Source: Octopus vulgaris (Eukaryota). Taken from it: DNA of 64,000 bases. A program made the position numbers and the translations under genes. Below are positions 28,809 to 42,854 of this stretch, piece after piece. The notes beneath the pieces are model-generated. The model was not told the DNA's origin. It did not search any database and saw only the letters and a program-made list of their open reading frames with translations. Positions within the stretch are counted from its first letter, which is position 1. Each line of letters starts with the position of its first letter. The DNA is taken from contig OX597823.1 of NCBI GenBank assembly GCA_951406725.2, positions 22,940,001 through 23,004,000 of the forward strand, read 5' to 3'.

Positions 28809-29945
28809 ATATATATGACAGTCTTCTTTCCATTTCCACATACCAGATCCACTCACAAGGTTTTGGTCAACCTGGGGCTGTAGCAAGGTACCTTGCAATG
28901 AAACTGAATCCAAAACCAAACTTCTTCACCACACATCCATGCTTGCAATGTATATATTAGTTAGTCATTGAATTCAACTCTTATGAATATATAATGGTAC
29001 AATAAACAATTTTCTGAATTTATAAAAGGAAGAATTAGACATTTCTTTGAACTCACAGCTGTAACTTCATTCACACCGAATGCCTTCTGCAAATACTCCT
29101 TCCTTTCTTATGAAGTCACTTTTATCAGAATAGTTTTATTGTGATAGTGTCACAATTATTCCTCTTGATGCTGTTGTTGTCATTATTGTGTTATCTGTTT
29201 CATTTTGTTACACTTCAGCATTTGATATTGTTCTCACTCTTTTATTATCCCTCAGTTTAGAGTCGCTGTATCTGCAACTGAGAAACCATTCCTCTGGGTC
29301 TGTTCTTCACTTTGTAGAAACTGCTTTTGTCTTTATTGTTTATTGCTTTTCAATCACATGTCTGTATATTCATATGGATGGTATCTCTGCCTATTATTTG
29401 GTCTGTATGTCAGCCAGCTAGTGTGCCTGTCTGTCAGTCTTTCTGTCTCTCTCTATATTTCTATACATTTCTAGACATCTCAATCAGTAAAAACGGAAAT
29501 GAAATGATGTGAAAGCGCTTAAAGGTCTATGACTCAAATATTTTGTTTACATTTCTGCTATTGTTTATATTGTTTTTCTTACTTCTTTAATTTGTCATGG
29601 TGATGAGGGTGATACAATAGTTCAAGGGATGGGAGGATCTCTGTGGTTAATTAGAAGAAAGGTAAGTTATATAATATATACCTGCCAAAGTTATACAGAC
29701 CTGTTATATCATCATCATCATCATCATCATCGTTTATATATATATATATATATATATTAGTTACAAAGTGACTCAATGGCACTAAACAAACTGGTTTCAA
29801 ATTATGAGAAAACTTCAAAGACCAACTAAAATGGTCATTCGGCCCTTGTGCCATTAACATCTGCCAAATTAAATAAAAGAATTTACATATTAGTGCTTGT
29901 ATTACCAAACATATATATACATATATATATAAACATATATATAAC

Positions 29946-30320
29946 CAGTATGGCTGTGTGGTAAGAACTTTGCTTCCCAACCACATTATTCACGGTTCAG
30001 TCCCACTATGTAGCACATAGGCCAAGTGTCTTTTACTATAGCCTCAGGTTGACCAAAGCCTTGTGAGTGGATTTGGTTAATACAAACTGAAAGACAATTG
30101 CATATGTGTGTGTGTGTGTCCCACCATTGCTTGACATCTGGTGTCAGTGTATTTACATCCCTGTAACTTAGCAGTTTGTCAAAAGAGACCAATAGAATAA
30201 GTACTTGGGTTAGGAAGAAAATAAGTACTAGGGTCAATTACTTCAACTAAAATTCCTCAAGGCTGTGCCCCAGCATGGCCACAGCCTAATGACTGAAATA
30301 AAAATATAAAAGATAAAAGA
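29946..30320 (+). mobile_element. Family C SINE (tRNA head + CORE-like domain)
   Basis: tggctgtgtggtaag...ggttcagtccc...caagtgtc; matches 41968-42378. Confidence 0.85.
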
Positions 30321-31028
30321 TATATGAAAATGCTGATGGTAGGTTTAATGAAATGTCATTAAGGAAAAAATCTGGAAAGTAGCAGATAAATTGCCTCCTG
30401 ATATTTCATGACATAGCATAATATTTTATTACATAAATAATATTAAATGGTATATATGTATGTAAAGAACATATCAGGACAGGAAAATATCTCTGATAAT
30501 CATCCGAATGAGAACTGAACCTCTTATCATTTGGTGAAATATAGTTTGTGTATATAGAGGTTGCTACATTACTAAAATGTATACCCTCATGTGTCAGATG
30601 TTGTTAGGCATCAGTATATGCAGAAACAATATGGAGTTGAGGTTTATAAAATAGTACCAGCTGTGTATTAGGTTAATTTTAGTCAAGGAGAGGGTAAAGT
30701 GTGTATTGAGAAATTCAATGTATATATACACACATACTGATACATATAAATAAATGCTATGTGTATATACATACACACATACATATACTTATATACATAC
30801 AAATTATATATATATACACACACACATACATACACATGTATACACACATTATCAACTAGATGTAATTGTTTTCCCAAATAAATTGCACTTCCTGTTTAAG
30901 GCTCTGATAAAGCTATAAGGTGCTACTCAAGCACTCATCTATGAATCCACCACATTTTATAGCAAAAACAACTAGAAGCTAATGAAATTTATAAGATAAT
31001 TGTTTATTCCTTTGTTGTATCATTTTTT

Positions 31029-31062
<34 letters not shown>

Positions 31063-31066
<4 letters not shown>

Positions 31067-32356
31067 CTATGATGCAAATGATCTTATGGTCTGCAATATT
31101 AACTTCAGAAAACCTGCCAGTCATCTAGTCACCTACCACTCTGGCAGACACACTAGTCAAATTGACTACATCCACACCAGAAAAAGGGAAAGATGGCTGC
31201 TTATAAATGTCAAAACCTTCCCTGGCGAAGAATGTACCCCACAACATAGACTGGTAGTTAGTGATTTCAGGATCAGGGCTAAATGGATACCCAGAAGATG
31301 ACCAGCAAGGAGAAGAAGGGTCTGGAGACTTAAAGATCCAGCAAACGGACAGAGATTTAGAGACATATTAACCGAAGCCTTTGACGAAATAGAAGGGGAT
31401 ATAGCTTCACACGATATAGAAGACAACTGGAGGTTTCTATGGGACAACCTGCTAAGGGCCACTGATCAGATCTGTGGATGGTGCAAAGTCCCCTCTCGAC
31501 CCAAAATAACGTGGTGATGGAACAATGTTGTAGACAGGGCTATTAGAGAAAAGAAACAAGCTTGGAAGGACTGGAAGAACGGTGGTAGCAGGGAATTGTA
31601 TCAGACTGCCAGAAGGGAAGCTAGGAGGCAGGTTTATTTAGCCAGAGGGGAAGCAGATAGGAAAAAATTTGCCAATGTTCTGCACCGTGAGGACCAAAGA
31701 CTTGAGGTATTTCATGTTGCAAGACAGTGTGTAAGAGAGAATCGTGATGTTGTAGAAGAGAAATGTGTTCACATGGATGATGGCTCACTTGCACTAAATG
31801 AGGCTGCATAGAGAGAGGTTTGGAGATGCCACTATGAAAGGTTGCTGAATAAAGAAAATGACTGGGAGAAAGAGAGTCTGCTGAATGTTGACCCAACAGA
31901 GGGACCAGCTATTCGAGTTGACGGTACCTTGGTAGATAAAGCAATTAAGAGTATGAAGACAGGGAAAGCCCCCGGCCCATCAGGAATTACTGCAGAGATG
32001 CTCAAAATATCTGGTAGTGTCAGCTATAGCCTAGTCACCCGTATAGTTAACCAGGTGATATTCGAAAGAGTCATACACAATGACTGGTGTAGCAGCATAA
32101 TAGTCAACTGCCACAAAGGTAAAGGGGACGCTTTAGATACAAATAATTACAGAGGTATCAAGCTGTTGGATCAAGTAATGAAGGTCACGGAGAGGGTCAT
32201 AGCCCAACTAATTAGGGAGAGAGTCAGTTTGGATGAGATGCAATTTGGTCTCGTGCCAGGGAAAAGCACCACTGATGCTATATTCCTGGTAAGACAGCTG
32301 CAGGAGTGGTTGGCATTAGGAAAGCAGATGTTAAACGATGATGATGATGATGATGA
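31063..32356 (+). mobile_element. RTE LINE fragment (APE C-terminus to RT N-terminus) fused by deletion to the RTE tail
   Basis: SQIDYI..PQHRLVVSD, KAPGPSGITAEML, YRGIKLL, QFGLVPGKSTTDAIFLVRQLQE, then a jump to gagtggttggcattaggaaagcagatgttaaac(gat)n. Confidence 0.92.
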
Positions 32357-32377
32357 CATACACATATACATATATAT

Positions 32378-32824
32378 AGGAAGACATGGATGAAGTGGTG
32401 AACCATGACCTTTGAATGTTGGGCCTCACAGAGGCAATGACAAAAGACTGAGACCTCTGGAGATATGCTGTAACTGAGAAGATCCAGCAAATAAAGTGAG
32501 CTCACAGCAGTAACCTACACCAATGTCACATAACCAACCCACTCAAAAGTACCTTGGATCATACCGTGCTTGAGGAGACCTATTGAGTCAAGTACACCAA
32601 AACCAAAATCAAATGGAAATTGTTGTTGTGAACCCTGTGCTGGTGGCACGTAAAAAGCATTCACTACACTCTTGGAGTGGTTAGCGTTAGGAAGGGCATC
32701 CAGCTGTAGAAACACTGCCAGATTAGACTGGAGCCTGGTGCAGCCTCCTGGCTTCCCAGACCCTAGTCGAACCATCCAATCCGTGCTAGCATGGAAAACG
32801 GCCGTTAAACGATGATGATGATGA

Positions 32825-32828
<4 letters not shown>
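32378..32828 (+). mobile_element. RTE LINE 3' end (last codons, 3' UTR and (GAT)n)
   Basis: Translates KTWDEVVNHDL*MLGLTEAMTKD*DLWRYAVTEK, followed by the shared tail; this links the common short tail repeats to RTE. Confidence 0.88.
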
Positions 32829-32866
<38 letters not shown>

Positions 32867-33377
32867 ACTTATACATTTTATATATGTATGTATATTTGTA
32901 TGTATGTATGTATGCAAAGCTCCTGCATGACTGTGTCCATAATGGCTGACACAAATTAAAGCATACACACACACACACACACACATATGCTCATGCACAC
33001 AAGTGTACATACAAACACACACACACACACACATGCACATGCACACAAGCATACATAGAAAAACACACACACACACACACAATCACACAGGTTTTTTTTG
33101 TTATCTATAGATCTTTTACTAACTCCTGCCAGCCATCTGTGGCCATGCTTATTTAGTCTCACTGCATAAATGTAAACCACAGGAGTTTATGTAATTGAAA
33201 ATGGCAGATCATCTGACTTGCTTTTCATGTCTTAAGGTTAATCAGGAATCACTTGGCTTACTTCTTAATTTGAGAATGATAGATCTCAAAGCATATAGAC
33301 CAGTATATAATAGTGTATCAGTATTGGGATAAAAAAAAACCCTTTGGATAGAAAAAGTCAAAGGCTACCTCAGAAAG

Positions 33378-33418
<41 letters not shown>

Positions 33419-33481
33419 CATACATACATACATACATACATACATACATACATACATACATACATACACACACACATAAAT

Positions 33482-33517
<36 letters not shown>

Positions 33518-33845
33518 CCCAAAAACAGAATAAAAACATAATGGACAACAATTATGTTATATCTATACACATGTGTATATAGATATTTGTATATCTACTT
33601 TATATATATATACATATACTTGTACACACATATGTATATGTATATATGTGTGTGTGTTTGTGTGTGTATGTGTGTGTGTGTATGATATATATATATATAT
33701 TGCATTTGTATAAACACTTTCTATTGTAAAGAATAAGATGACAGACACAGGAATTTGGAGACAATCAAAGAGACAAAGATATGCACACACATGCTACACA
33801 CACATATATATATACACACACATATATACACACACATATATATAC

Positions 33846-33907
<62 letters not shown>

Positions 33908-34520
33908 GTGTATATATATATGTGTGTGTGTGCCTACACATACATATAGTATGTATTATATGAGTATAAGAAATAAGAAATGGGTCATGCTGAAAACCTG
34001 TCAGTCTTTATAAATCTCTATTGATGTCATCAGTCTTTATTTCTCTAATCTCGTTATTTCGACATGTCAGCATTGGCTAATTGATTTATTGTTCAGTTGT
34101 AGAAGTGAATTCATTCAACTAGCTTCCTACCAATTTCTGCTACAGTGTGTGGAATACCAGCAGAATAAGTCTACTAATTAAACTACTCTACTTCTTAGCT
34201 CCCATCATTATACCTACATATAATTGCTACGTTTTTGAGTTCTGACACAGAGGACATTGCTTATTTGCTTTTCTTTTCTTTTTAATTTGCTTTACTGGTT
34301 TCAGTCATTGGACTGCAACCATGCTGAGACAGCATCTGGAAGGTTATTAGTTGATAATGTATGGACTTTAATTCTTATGTCAGTCCATTACTTGCTTTTA
34401 CATATGTGTATTTATTGAATATCTAACTAAACTTTTTTTGACATGATACCAATAACCATAAATGCTAGAATGTGCACATGTGCACATACATACATTCATA
34501 CATACATACACACATATATT

Positions 34521-34559
<39 letters not shown>

Positions 34560-34563
<4 letters not shown>

Positions 34564-34905
34564 TTCTATTCTTTTACTTGTTTCAGTCATTTGACTGCGG
34601 CCATGCTGGAGCACAGCCTATTAGTTGAAGAAATCAACCCTAGGACTTATTCTTTGTCGCCTGGTACTTATTCTATCAGTCTCTTTTGCTGAACCACTAA
34701 GTTATGGAGAGACAAATGCACCAACATCAATTGTCAAGTGATGGTGGGGAGAACACACACATAAATATATACATATATACAACAGGCTTCTTTTCACTTT
34801 TCATCTACCAACTCTACTCACAAGGTTTTGGTTGGCTAAAGACCATAGTAAAAGACACTTGTCCAAGGTGTCACGCAGTGGGACTGAACCCAGAACCCCG
34901 TAGTT
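34560..34905 (-). mobile_element. Family C SINE
   Basis: Reverse complement matches 41990-42370. Confidence 0.85.
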
Positions 34906-35015
34906 GGGAAGAGAGAACAAAGATGTTGCTGTACACTCTCACTCTTGCATGCTTACAATTTCTACTTACAATCTATTGATCAACATTTTGGCTACAGTAA
35001 ATCCAGAACCCAAAA

Positions 35016-35335
35016 CCAGATATCTCCAAGCTGGTCATGTTGCTACAACTTGTAGTGGTTTTGGACAAGTCCAGGGCATTCGTTCATGATATGGGCAATG
35101 GTTTCATCCATTCTATTACAGATGTGGCACAGTGAAGACACTTGCTCGTTCCTAAGGTTGACCCTCCAGTTCATTGCCAAAACTTGGTCTTGCACTGCCA
35201 GTATAGTGCTCTTGGTCTCCCTTTTTTAGTGTTCCTTTCTTCAGCCAATCCCACCTATGCTTTCCAGCAACTTCTGTTGTGGCAACATGGAATTTATTGT
35301 GTAGTCCCTTCTTGCATAATTCTTCTTTATGTCCT
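35016..35335 (-). mobile_element. R4/Dong-type RLE element fragment (CCHC region), 5' end abutting (TAA)n
   Basis: Minus translation KGLHNKF..WDWLKKGTLKK / TILAVQDQVLAMN..CHICNRMDETIAHIMNECPGLVQNHYKL*QHD; not captured by the ORF track. Confidence 0.8.
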
Positions 35336-35360
35336 ATTATTATTTTTATTATTATTATTA

Positions 35361-35489
35361 TTTGGCGTTAGGAAGGGCATCCAGCTGTAGAAACACTGCC
35401 AGATCTGACTGGCCTGGTGCAGCCTTCGAGCTTGCCAGACCCCAGTTGAACCATCCAACCCATGCTAGCATGGAAAGCGGACGTTAAAC

Positions 35490-35520
<31 letters not shown>
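35361..35520 (+). mobile_element. Truncated RTE tail inserted in (ATT)n
   Basis: tggcgttaggaagggcatccagc...aaagcggacgttaaac(gat)n, continuing into (ATT)n to about 35690. Confidence 0.88.
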
Positions 35521-35576
<56 letters not shown>

Positions 35577-35638
35577 CATTATGATTCTTATGATTATTAT
35601 TATTATTATTATTATCATTATTATTATTAATATTATTA

Positions 35639-35692
<54 letters not shown>

Positions 35693-36116
35693 CACTAGGC
35701 AAAATGCTTTGCGACATTTCATCTGTCTTTATGTTCTGAGTTCAAATTCTTTTCTTTTTTTATTCATTCAGAATACATAACAGACACTAACTCACAGAAG
35801 TGTCATTTCCTCTCCTTCCTTCTTCTCCTACTACTACTACAACAGCATCTGCTCTTCTGAACTTGTTAGCTGTATGCCTTCTCTCTACTCAAGTATTCCT
35901 AATCAATTTGTCTCCCTTCTTTTCATCCCTTTTACTACTTTCCACCTAGTCAATCCTCACTAGAACTGATACCTTCTTGCGCTTCTGCTCTCTGTGTTGA
36001 TTTTCCTCCAGATGCTGGCTTAAGTGGCAGTTTAACTAACCATCAACTTCTTCAACCTTGCTAATCTGACTGTGAGGTCTGCAATGGCCATGAAACAGCT
36101 TCTTCTTTTCTTAACT

Positions 36117-36204
<88 letters not shown>

Positions 36205-36565
36205 GGAGATAGACAGACGGGAGAGAGAAAGAGAGAGAGAGAGATAATATATATATAATGAGACCATAATCAAATGTTGATTGCTGATTGCAACAATTTT
36301 ACTTTGTTTATTTCTGCCAATAGTGTGTGTGTGTGTGTGTGTGTGTTACATATGGCGGTGAGAATGGTGATTTCCTAATGGTGTGAAATGCAATTAAGTG
36401 ATAGTACCGTTAGGTAAAGTAGAATATTATTTATTCAAATCCAAACCCGTGAAAGTTGCTAATCAGAGTTTCTTATTCTTGATCTTGAGATGACTAAAAG
36501 ACTGCTAACAAGAATCTCCAAGTAGCAACTGATGCACACACAGATTTGAATAATAACTAAATAAA

Positions 36566-36606
<41 letters not shown>

Positions 36607-36704
36607 CTGTGTAGCTAGGACTTTTGGCTTCAGAAAATATATAGCATGACCGTATACAGGAATCAATAAAAAAAGATTACATACATACACACATACATAC
36701 ATAC

Positions 36705-36764
<60 letters not shown>

Positions 36765-36785
36765 ATGAATATGTATGTACATCCT

Positions 36786-37269
36786 ATGACTGGCACCCGG
36801 CCGTTGCCAGTGCCGCTGGACTGACTCCTGTGCAGGTGGCAAGTAAAGAAACACTGTTTCGATCCTGTGTTTGAGGAGACCTATTGAGTCAAGTACATCA
36901 ACATCAAAAATCAATGGAAATTGTAGCCGTGATCCCTGTGCCGGTGGCACGTAAAAAGCACCATCCGAATGTGGCCGATGCCAGCGCCGCCTTGACTGGC
37001 TTCCGTGCCGGTGGCACTAAAAAGCACTAACCAATCGTGGCCGTTGCCAGCCTCACCTGGCACCTGTGCCTGTGGCACATAAAAAGCACCCACTACACTC
37101 ACGGAGGGGTTGGCGTTAAGAAGGGCATCCAGCTGTAGAAACACTGCCAGATCAGACTGGAACCTGGTGCAGCTTTCTGGCTTCCCAGACCCCGGTCTAA
37201 CCGTCCAACCCATGCTAGCATGGAAAACAGATGTTAAATGATGATGATAATGATGATGATGATGATGAT
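36786..37269 (+). mobile_element. RTE 3' UTR copy with tandem internal units
   Basis: Four gtgc(c/a)(g/t)gtggca(c/a)..aaaaagcac-like units precede the standard tail. Confidence 0.85.
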
Positions 37270-37621
37270 ACATGCTTGATGAAAATGAAGATGCTGGAAA
37301 ATACATCTCATTAAAGCTAAAAGAAGAATGCTGCATCTCTTACCCATCATCATCATTTAACATCCGTGTTGTATATGCATATATATATATAAATGCAGAA
37401 AACAAAGCAGGTTAATTTAAATCAATTCATTCTTTCCTTGTTAATTAATCTTCGTAATTTTACTCAATGTTCATCACAGTCTTTATGTCTTCATCCTACA
37501 AATATTTACATATAAACATGACTACATTATTTGTATGCATGTACATTAGAACATAAGACAATGCATTGATTTCTAAATACTTTGTTATATTTCATATCTT
37601 TTAAAGGCATATGAATAACAA

Positions 37622-37654
<33 letters not shown>

Positions 37655-37679
37655 AATTTGCTGAAACGTCAAGCTAAGT

Positions 37680-37955
37680 AAATTCCCTGTCTTCCATACA
37701 TCTAGGTTTGTCCTTTCCAGTGCCGGTGCCACTTAAAAAGCAACAATGCTGGTGCTGCATTAATGCACCTGTGCCAGTGACCATGTAAAAGGCACCCAGC
37801 ACACATTGTTGGGTGGTTGGCATTAGGAAGGGCATCCAACCATAGAAACCATGCCACAATAGGCAACTGGTGTCTGAACAGCTCCCTGCTAGCCAGTTCC
37901 ATGTCAAACCGTCCAACCCGTGCCAGCATGGAGAGTGAACATTAAACTGATGATG
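37680..37955 (+). mobile_element. Older RTE-tail copy
   Basis: gtgccggtgccacttaaaaagca...ggttggcattaggaagggcatcc...gccagcatggagagtgaacattaaactgatgatg. Confidence 0.75.
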
Positions 37956-37957
37956 AT

Positions 37958-38008
<51 letters not shown>

Positions 38009-38449
38009 ATATATATATATGTACATATATGTATATATATATTATAAATAAGTGTGGGTATGGCTGTATGGACAAGGAATTTGCTTTGTATCTATATGGA
38101 TTACGTTTCTATACCACTTTCTGGAATCCTGGGCAAGTACCTTCTATAACCTCAGGCCAACCAATAACATATGAGGTCTGTGATACATGGAAAATTCTGG
38201 CACCTCAAACAAAGAAAAGCAAATGAAGTTTTTGTGAGCTTTTCATTGGCTGAAATGGCTCTTTCATAATTAATTGCTCTGTTTATATATCTATCTTTCT
38301 ATACATGTAAATGTTTGTGTGTATATTGTGTGTATATATGTGTGTGTGTGTCTGTGTGTATGCATGTCTGTATGTGTATGCAAATGAATACATATGTGTG
38401 TGAGTATATAGTTATTTACATATAAGTGTGTGTATGCATGTGTGTGTAG

Positions 38450-39416
38450 GTATATTTACTGCTAAGTCTACTGTCTCTGCATCTCATGCGTTTTGAAACC
38501 CTCTCAACCTCTTAGCACTCATTTTTCTCTCACCCTCTCTCATTCATCCTCTATCAACCTACTGTTACTACCACCCCACAACCTTGACACCATCTCGCTT
38601 CCCTTTACCTTCACTTATATGCCATCCTTATTCATTGATAAGGAATCCCCTACTACCATACTCATCACTCAACTCCTCCTACCCAATACACTCTCATCTC
38701 CCTATCACTCACTTTCCTGTTACCCTTATCTGTCACTGGTGTGGGGCCAACCTAACACATATCCCAACCACCACCATCCTTACCGTTCAACCTTCCCTGT
38801 TCTTCATCTCAAGGTTTATTGTATAAGGGATCACATAATATTGGGCTTACTCTTCTCATTATGCTTTACCCTCTTTTTTACTTCCCTCCTATATTGCCAA
38901 TCATCTTTTCTTGCTCCTTTTCACCCACACATCCTGGTTCTTCCTCTGTCATCAACGCATCTCCTGGGTCATGTTGCCTTCTGTCATCACACTATCTTCT
39001 TGTTCACATTCCTTGATTGTATATCTGTCTTCGATTACTGTGTACCCTTATCACTCATCTCTCTTAGAGTTGTCATTCATGCCTATATCTGTTTTACATT
39101 CCTCTCAATTTGTTGAGAGATTAGTGTGCAAGTGGACACAGGTCAAGAGGCCCTTTTAGTCAGGTCATGGACATGACTACCCTCTAGTGCAGATGCTTGA
39201 AAAAGAAAAACACTCTGTACTTCTGTAAAGTGGTTGGCACTTGGAAGAAGAATATCCAACTGTAGAAACCAAGCTAAAAATGAAACTCATGAGCAAGGTG
39301 CAGTCCTCCATTCTGTCTGAATGAGCAGGTCCCCCAACATTCGTTGACACTGGCTTGAAACACCTGTCCAGTCAAAGCCACCATGGAAAGTGGATGTAAA
39401 ATGATGATGGTGATGA
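38450..39416 (+). mobile_element. Decayed element with a pyrimidine-rich body and RTE-type tail
   Basis: About 650 bp of C/T-rich sequence, then gtaaagtggttggcacttggaag...catggaaagtggatgtaaaatgatgatg. A mirror arrangement lies at about 45080-45700 on the minus strand. Confidence 0.45.
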
Positions 39417-39897
39417 AGTTTATATATCACACAGACACAGGCACACATACATATATGAGAGTGAGATAGAGAACACTGGTGATCTATTAGTGAAGGGGAT
39501 GGATGGATTACAAAAGCAATGAGGGAGTTAAATAGAATAATTGTGGGTGTTACTAAATGTAACAGAGAGTAAAAGTGAGCTGTCTAGGAAATGCAGCTTG
39601 TAGAGTATGTATGTATGTATATATCCATGAAATGAGGTAGGCAGCTAATACAGTGTGGTAATTAGCATTGCAAAAGGTTCGTAGTTCAGGAGTTACCTGT
39701 TACCACCATCATTCACCATGCTATTACCTCCACTGCAGCCTCCTAACCACATCCACCATTCTATTACTATCTTTTCAACCTCATGTTAACAACCGCCTGC
39801 TCTACAACCATGACTATCATCACCTCTAAAAAAAGGCTAGAAAAAGAAAAATTACTCAACTTTAGCATTTAGATTAATTTCCAAATGTGTGTGTGTA

Positions 39898-39934
<37 letters not shown>

Positions 39935-40341
39935 AAAGAGAAGGAGAGAGAGACTTTGCATAATATAATCATCTGACCAAACTAATTGGTCTTCCTATAA
40001 AACAGCCTCCAGCTATATGAAGTATATATGTGTGTGTATGTGTGTGTGTGTGTCAAAGGTTGAGTGAATCTATTGTACAATTGATTGTGACTTCATACCA
40101 GCTGCTAAGAACACCAGATGAAAGCTTTACTTAATGCCTATAAACTGATGCAGCTGAAACATACATACATACAGACAGCCATACAGATAGAGTGGGATAA
40201 ATAGAGAGATTGACAGATAGATAATCTATGTATACATTTATATATGCACATACACACACACACACACACACCTATACATGAGCATTATTAACCTATATTT
40301 CTTTTACCCATCTCTCACTTCCTTTCTCTGTCACTCTTCAT

Positions 40342-40374
<33 letters not shown>

Positions 40375-41567
40375 TCTAGTCTTTTTCAACCAATCATTCC
40401 TTTGTTTTATTTATTTTATTGCTTATTTTTACATTTTGTTCCACTTTTCCCCTTCAACCAGAAAACATTATTGGTGGTCCTATTGATACACAGTATCCAT
40501 ATCTGAAATTAAAAGGATTAAGAAAAATATTTAATTATATCTTGTCCACTCTGCGTGACCGTTAACAGGCCCTGCAGTCATCCAATGATTGCTGTTGTAA
40601 AAGGATGCAACCATGGCTCTGGAGTTTAAAAAACCGTGATGAAATTTCATGGTTGTAGGTTTGATCCTGCTACACAGCACCTTGGGTAAAGTACTCTGCC
40701 ATAGATTTGGGTCCGTCAAAGCTTTGGAAACTATGTGGAAACCCATCAAAAGGATATTTCCTGCTTTTAGAGATAGACTGGCATGCCCTAACTCCGGTAC
40801 CAGAATTCTAACCTGAGTATAACTTTCTTCCTTTTCAACACAAGTCTTGGAATCCTGAAAATGACTGCAGCACTGCTCTTCACTATCTCTCTAAATGATT
40901 ATTAATTATTGTTTTTAATATATTGTTAATAGAAATATTGTATAATTAAGTAATATTTGTTAGCTCTCAGTGCCAAGTTTAATTCTAGTTAGTTGCCTAG
41001 AGAAAGTAATAAGGAATCAAACCTCTAATAATTGGCCACTGTTTACTAATCATCTTGATCCATCTGCACCCTGACATCTGGTTTCTGATTCTAATAACAA
41101 GCTGTTGTTTAGTCCTATATCAGTTCCAATCAAGCAGACTGATGATTGAAAGTGTTCCAACTGTGAAAATCCCATCATAGTTATCTAGGACAACATTATC
41201 GAATGCGTACTTTCTTCTGTTTTTTTTTTTTTCTCACCCTTTTGGCTGAATAAAATTTTATGGGAAGTTGTCTTTCTACAAATTAAACTTTCTTCCTTTT
41301 TTATATCTTAACTCTGAATAGGTAATGTCTTTGTGATTACTATAATTTGTTTGATTAAGGAGAATTACTATCTGGTCCCAGAAGAGGAGTGTGTTGTATC
41401 TGTTTAAAGTGAGAATCCTGTCTTTAGAAATTTATGAGACAGATTTTATTGTTTAGGAGGTGATAAAGACTTCATCTATTTAATTCTAACAATAAGTTGT
41501 AAGTACATATATACACATATGAATGTGTATAGTGACAATGGTGTGTTTGTATATATATATATATATA

Positions 41568-41789
41568 TTTCTTTACTACCCACAAGGGGCTAAACACAGA
41601 GGAGACAAACAAGGACAGACAAAGGGATTAAGTCGATTACATTGACTCCAGTGCATAACTGGTACTTAATTTATCGACCTCGAAAGGATGAAAGGCAAAG
41701 TCGACCTCGGCGAAATTTGAACTCGGAACGTAACGACAGACGAAATACGGCTAGACATTTCGCCCGGCATGCTAACGTTTCTGCCAGTT
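41568..41789 (-). mobile_element. Family B SINE
   Basis: Near-exact reverse complement of 53030-53250. Confidence 0.92.
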
Positions 41790-41967
41790 ATACATACATA
41801 TGCATTCAGTACACTTGTAAAATAGTTAACATTAGGATGGGTATCCAACCATAGAAATCATGCCAAAGCTGACACAGAGCATGTGACGGCCCTGCTACTC
41901 ACTGGACTCTGTCAAACCAGTATGAAAAATATGGATGTTAAATGATGATGATGTGTGCGCGTGTATA

Positions 41968-42139
41968 GGCGCAGGAGTGGCTGTGTGGTAAGTAGCTTGC
42001 TTTATCAACCACATGGTTCCAGGTTCAGTCCCACTGCATGGCACGTTGGGCAAGTGTCTTCTACTGTAGCCTTGGGCCAACCAAAGCCTTGTGAGTAGAT
42101 TTGGTAGACGGAAACTGAAAGAAGCCCGTTGTATATATG

Positions 42140-42176
<37 letters not shown>

Positions 42177-42379
42177 CTGTGATTGTCCTCCAGCATCGCT
42201 TGGCAACCGATGCTGGTGTTTATGTCCCCATAACTTAGCCGTTCGGCAAAAGAGACTGATAGAATAAGTACTAGGCTTACAAAGAATAAGTCCTGGGGTT
42301 GATTTGCTCAACTAAAAGCAGTGCTCCAGCATGGCCACAGCCAAATGACTGAAACAAGTAAAAGAGTAAAAAGAGAGAG
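41968..42379 (+). mobile_element. Full-length family C SINE (tRNA head, CORE-like domain, internal TA/TG microsatellite)
   Basis: A box TGGCTGTGTGG and B box GGTTCAGTCCC; tail ...atgactgaaacaagtaaaagagtaaaa; several copies in the window. Confidence 0.9.
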
Positions 42380-42776
42380 TATGTGCACATGTGTGTCAGT
42401 GTGTGTGTGTAGGGGGAGAGAGAGAGAGAGAGAGACATGTGTATATGTATATATCTGTGTATGTGTGTGTGTGTGTGTGTGTACAAATGCATATACACAT
42501 ACACATAACACATATATATTTGGATATACCTGAAGCTGAAGAATTCACGGATGCAGCCTTCTCTATGTGATTGCATTTATCCCTCACACCAACTGGCTGT
42601 AAGATACAGGGTTTTAGCACAAATAGCCACATGCACAGAAACTCACATACTCAGAGGTATATGTATATTTATTAATATCTAACAATTTTAAAACATCACA
42701 TCATTATACAATTGCTAAAATTATTAGACTTGTATAAACCCTAGCATATTATTAAATATATATACGTATATGTTAC

Positions 42777-42854
<78 letters not shown>

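Noticed and set aside
36786-37095. CRISPR-like repeat-spacer appearance
   Set aside because: Eukaryotic context with no cas genes; the spacers are related to each other and the array is part of an RTE 3' UTR.
38493-39116. 207-aa L/S/P/H-rich ORF
   Set aside because: Stop-poor only because the strand is pyrimidine-rich; it appears to be the body of an RTE-tailed repeat.
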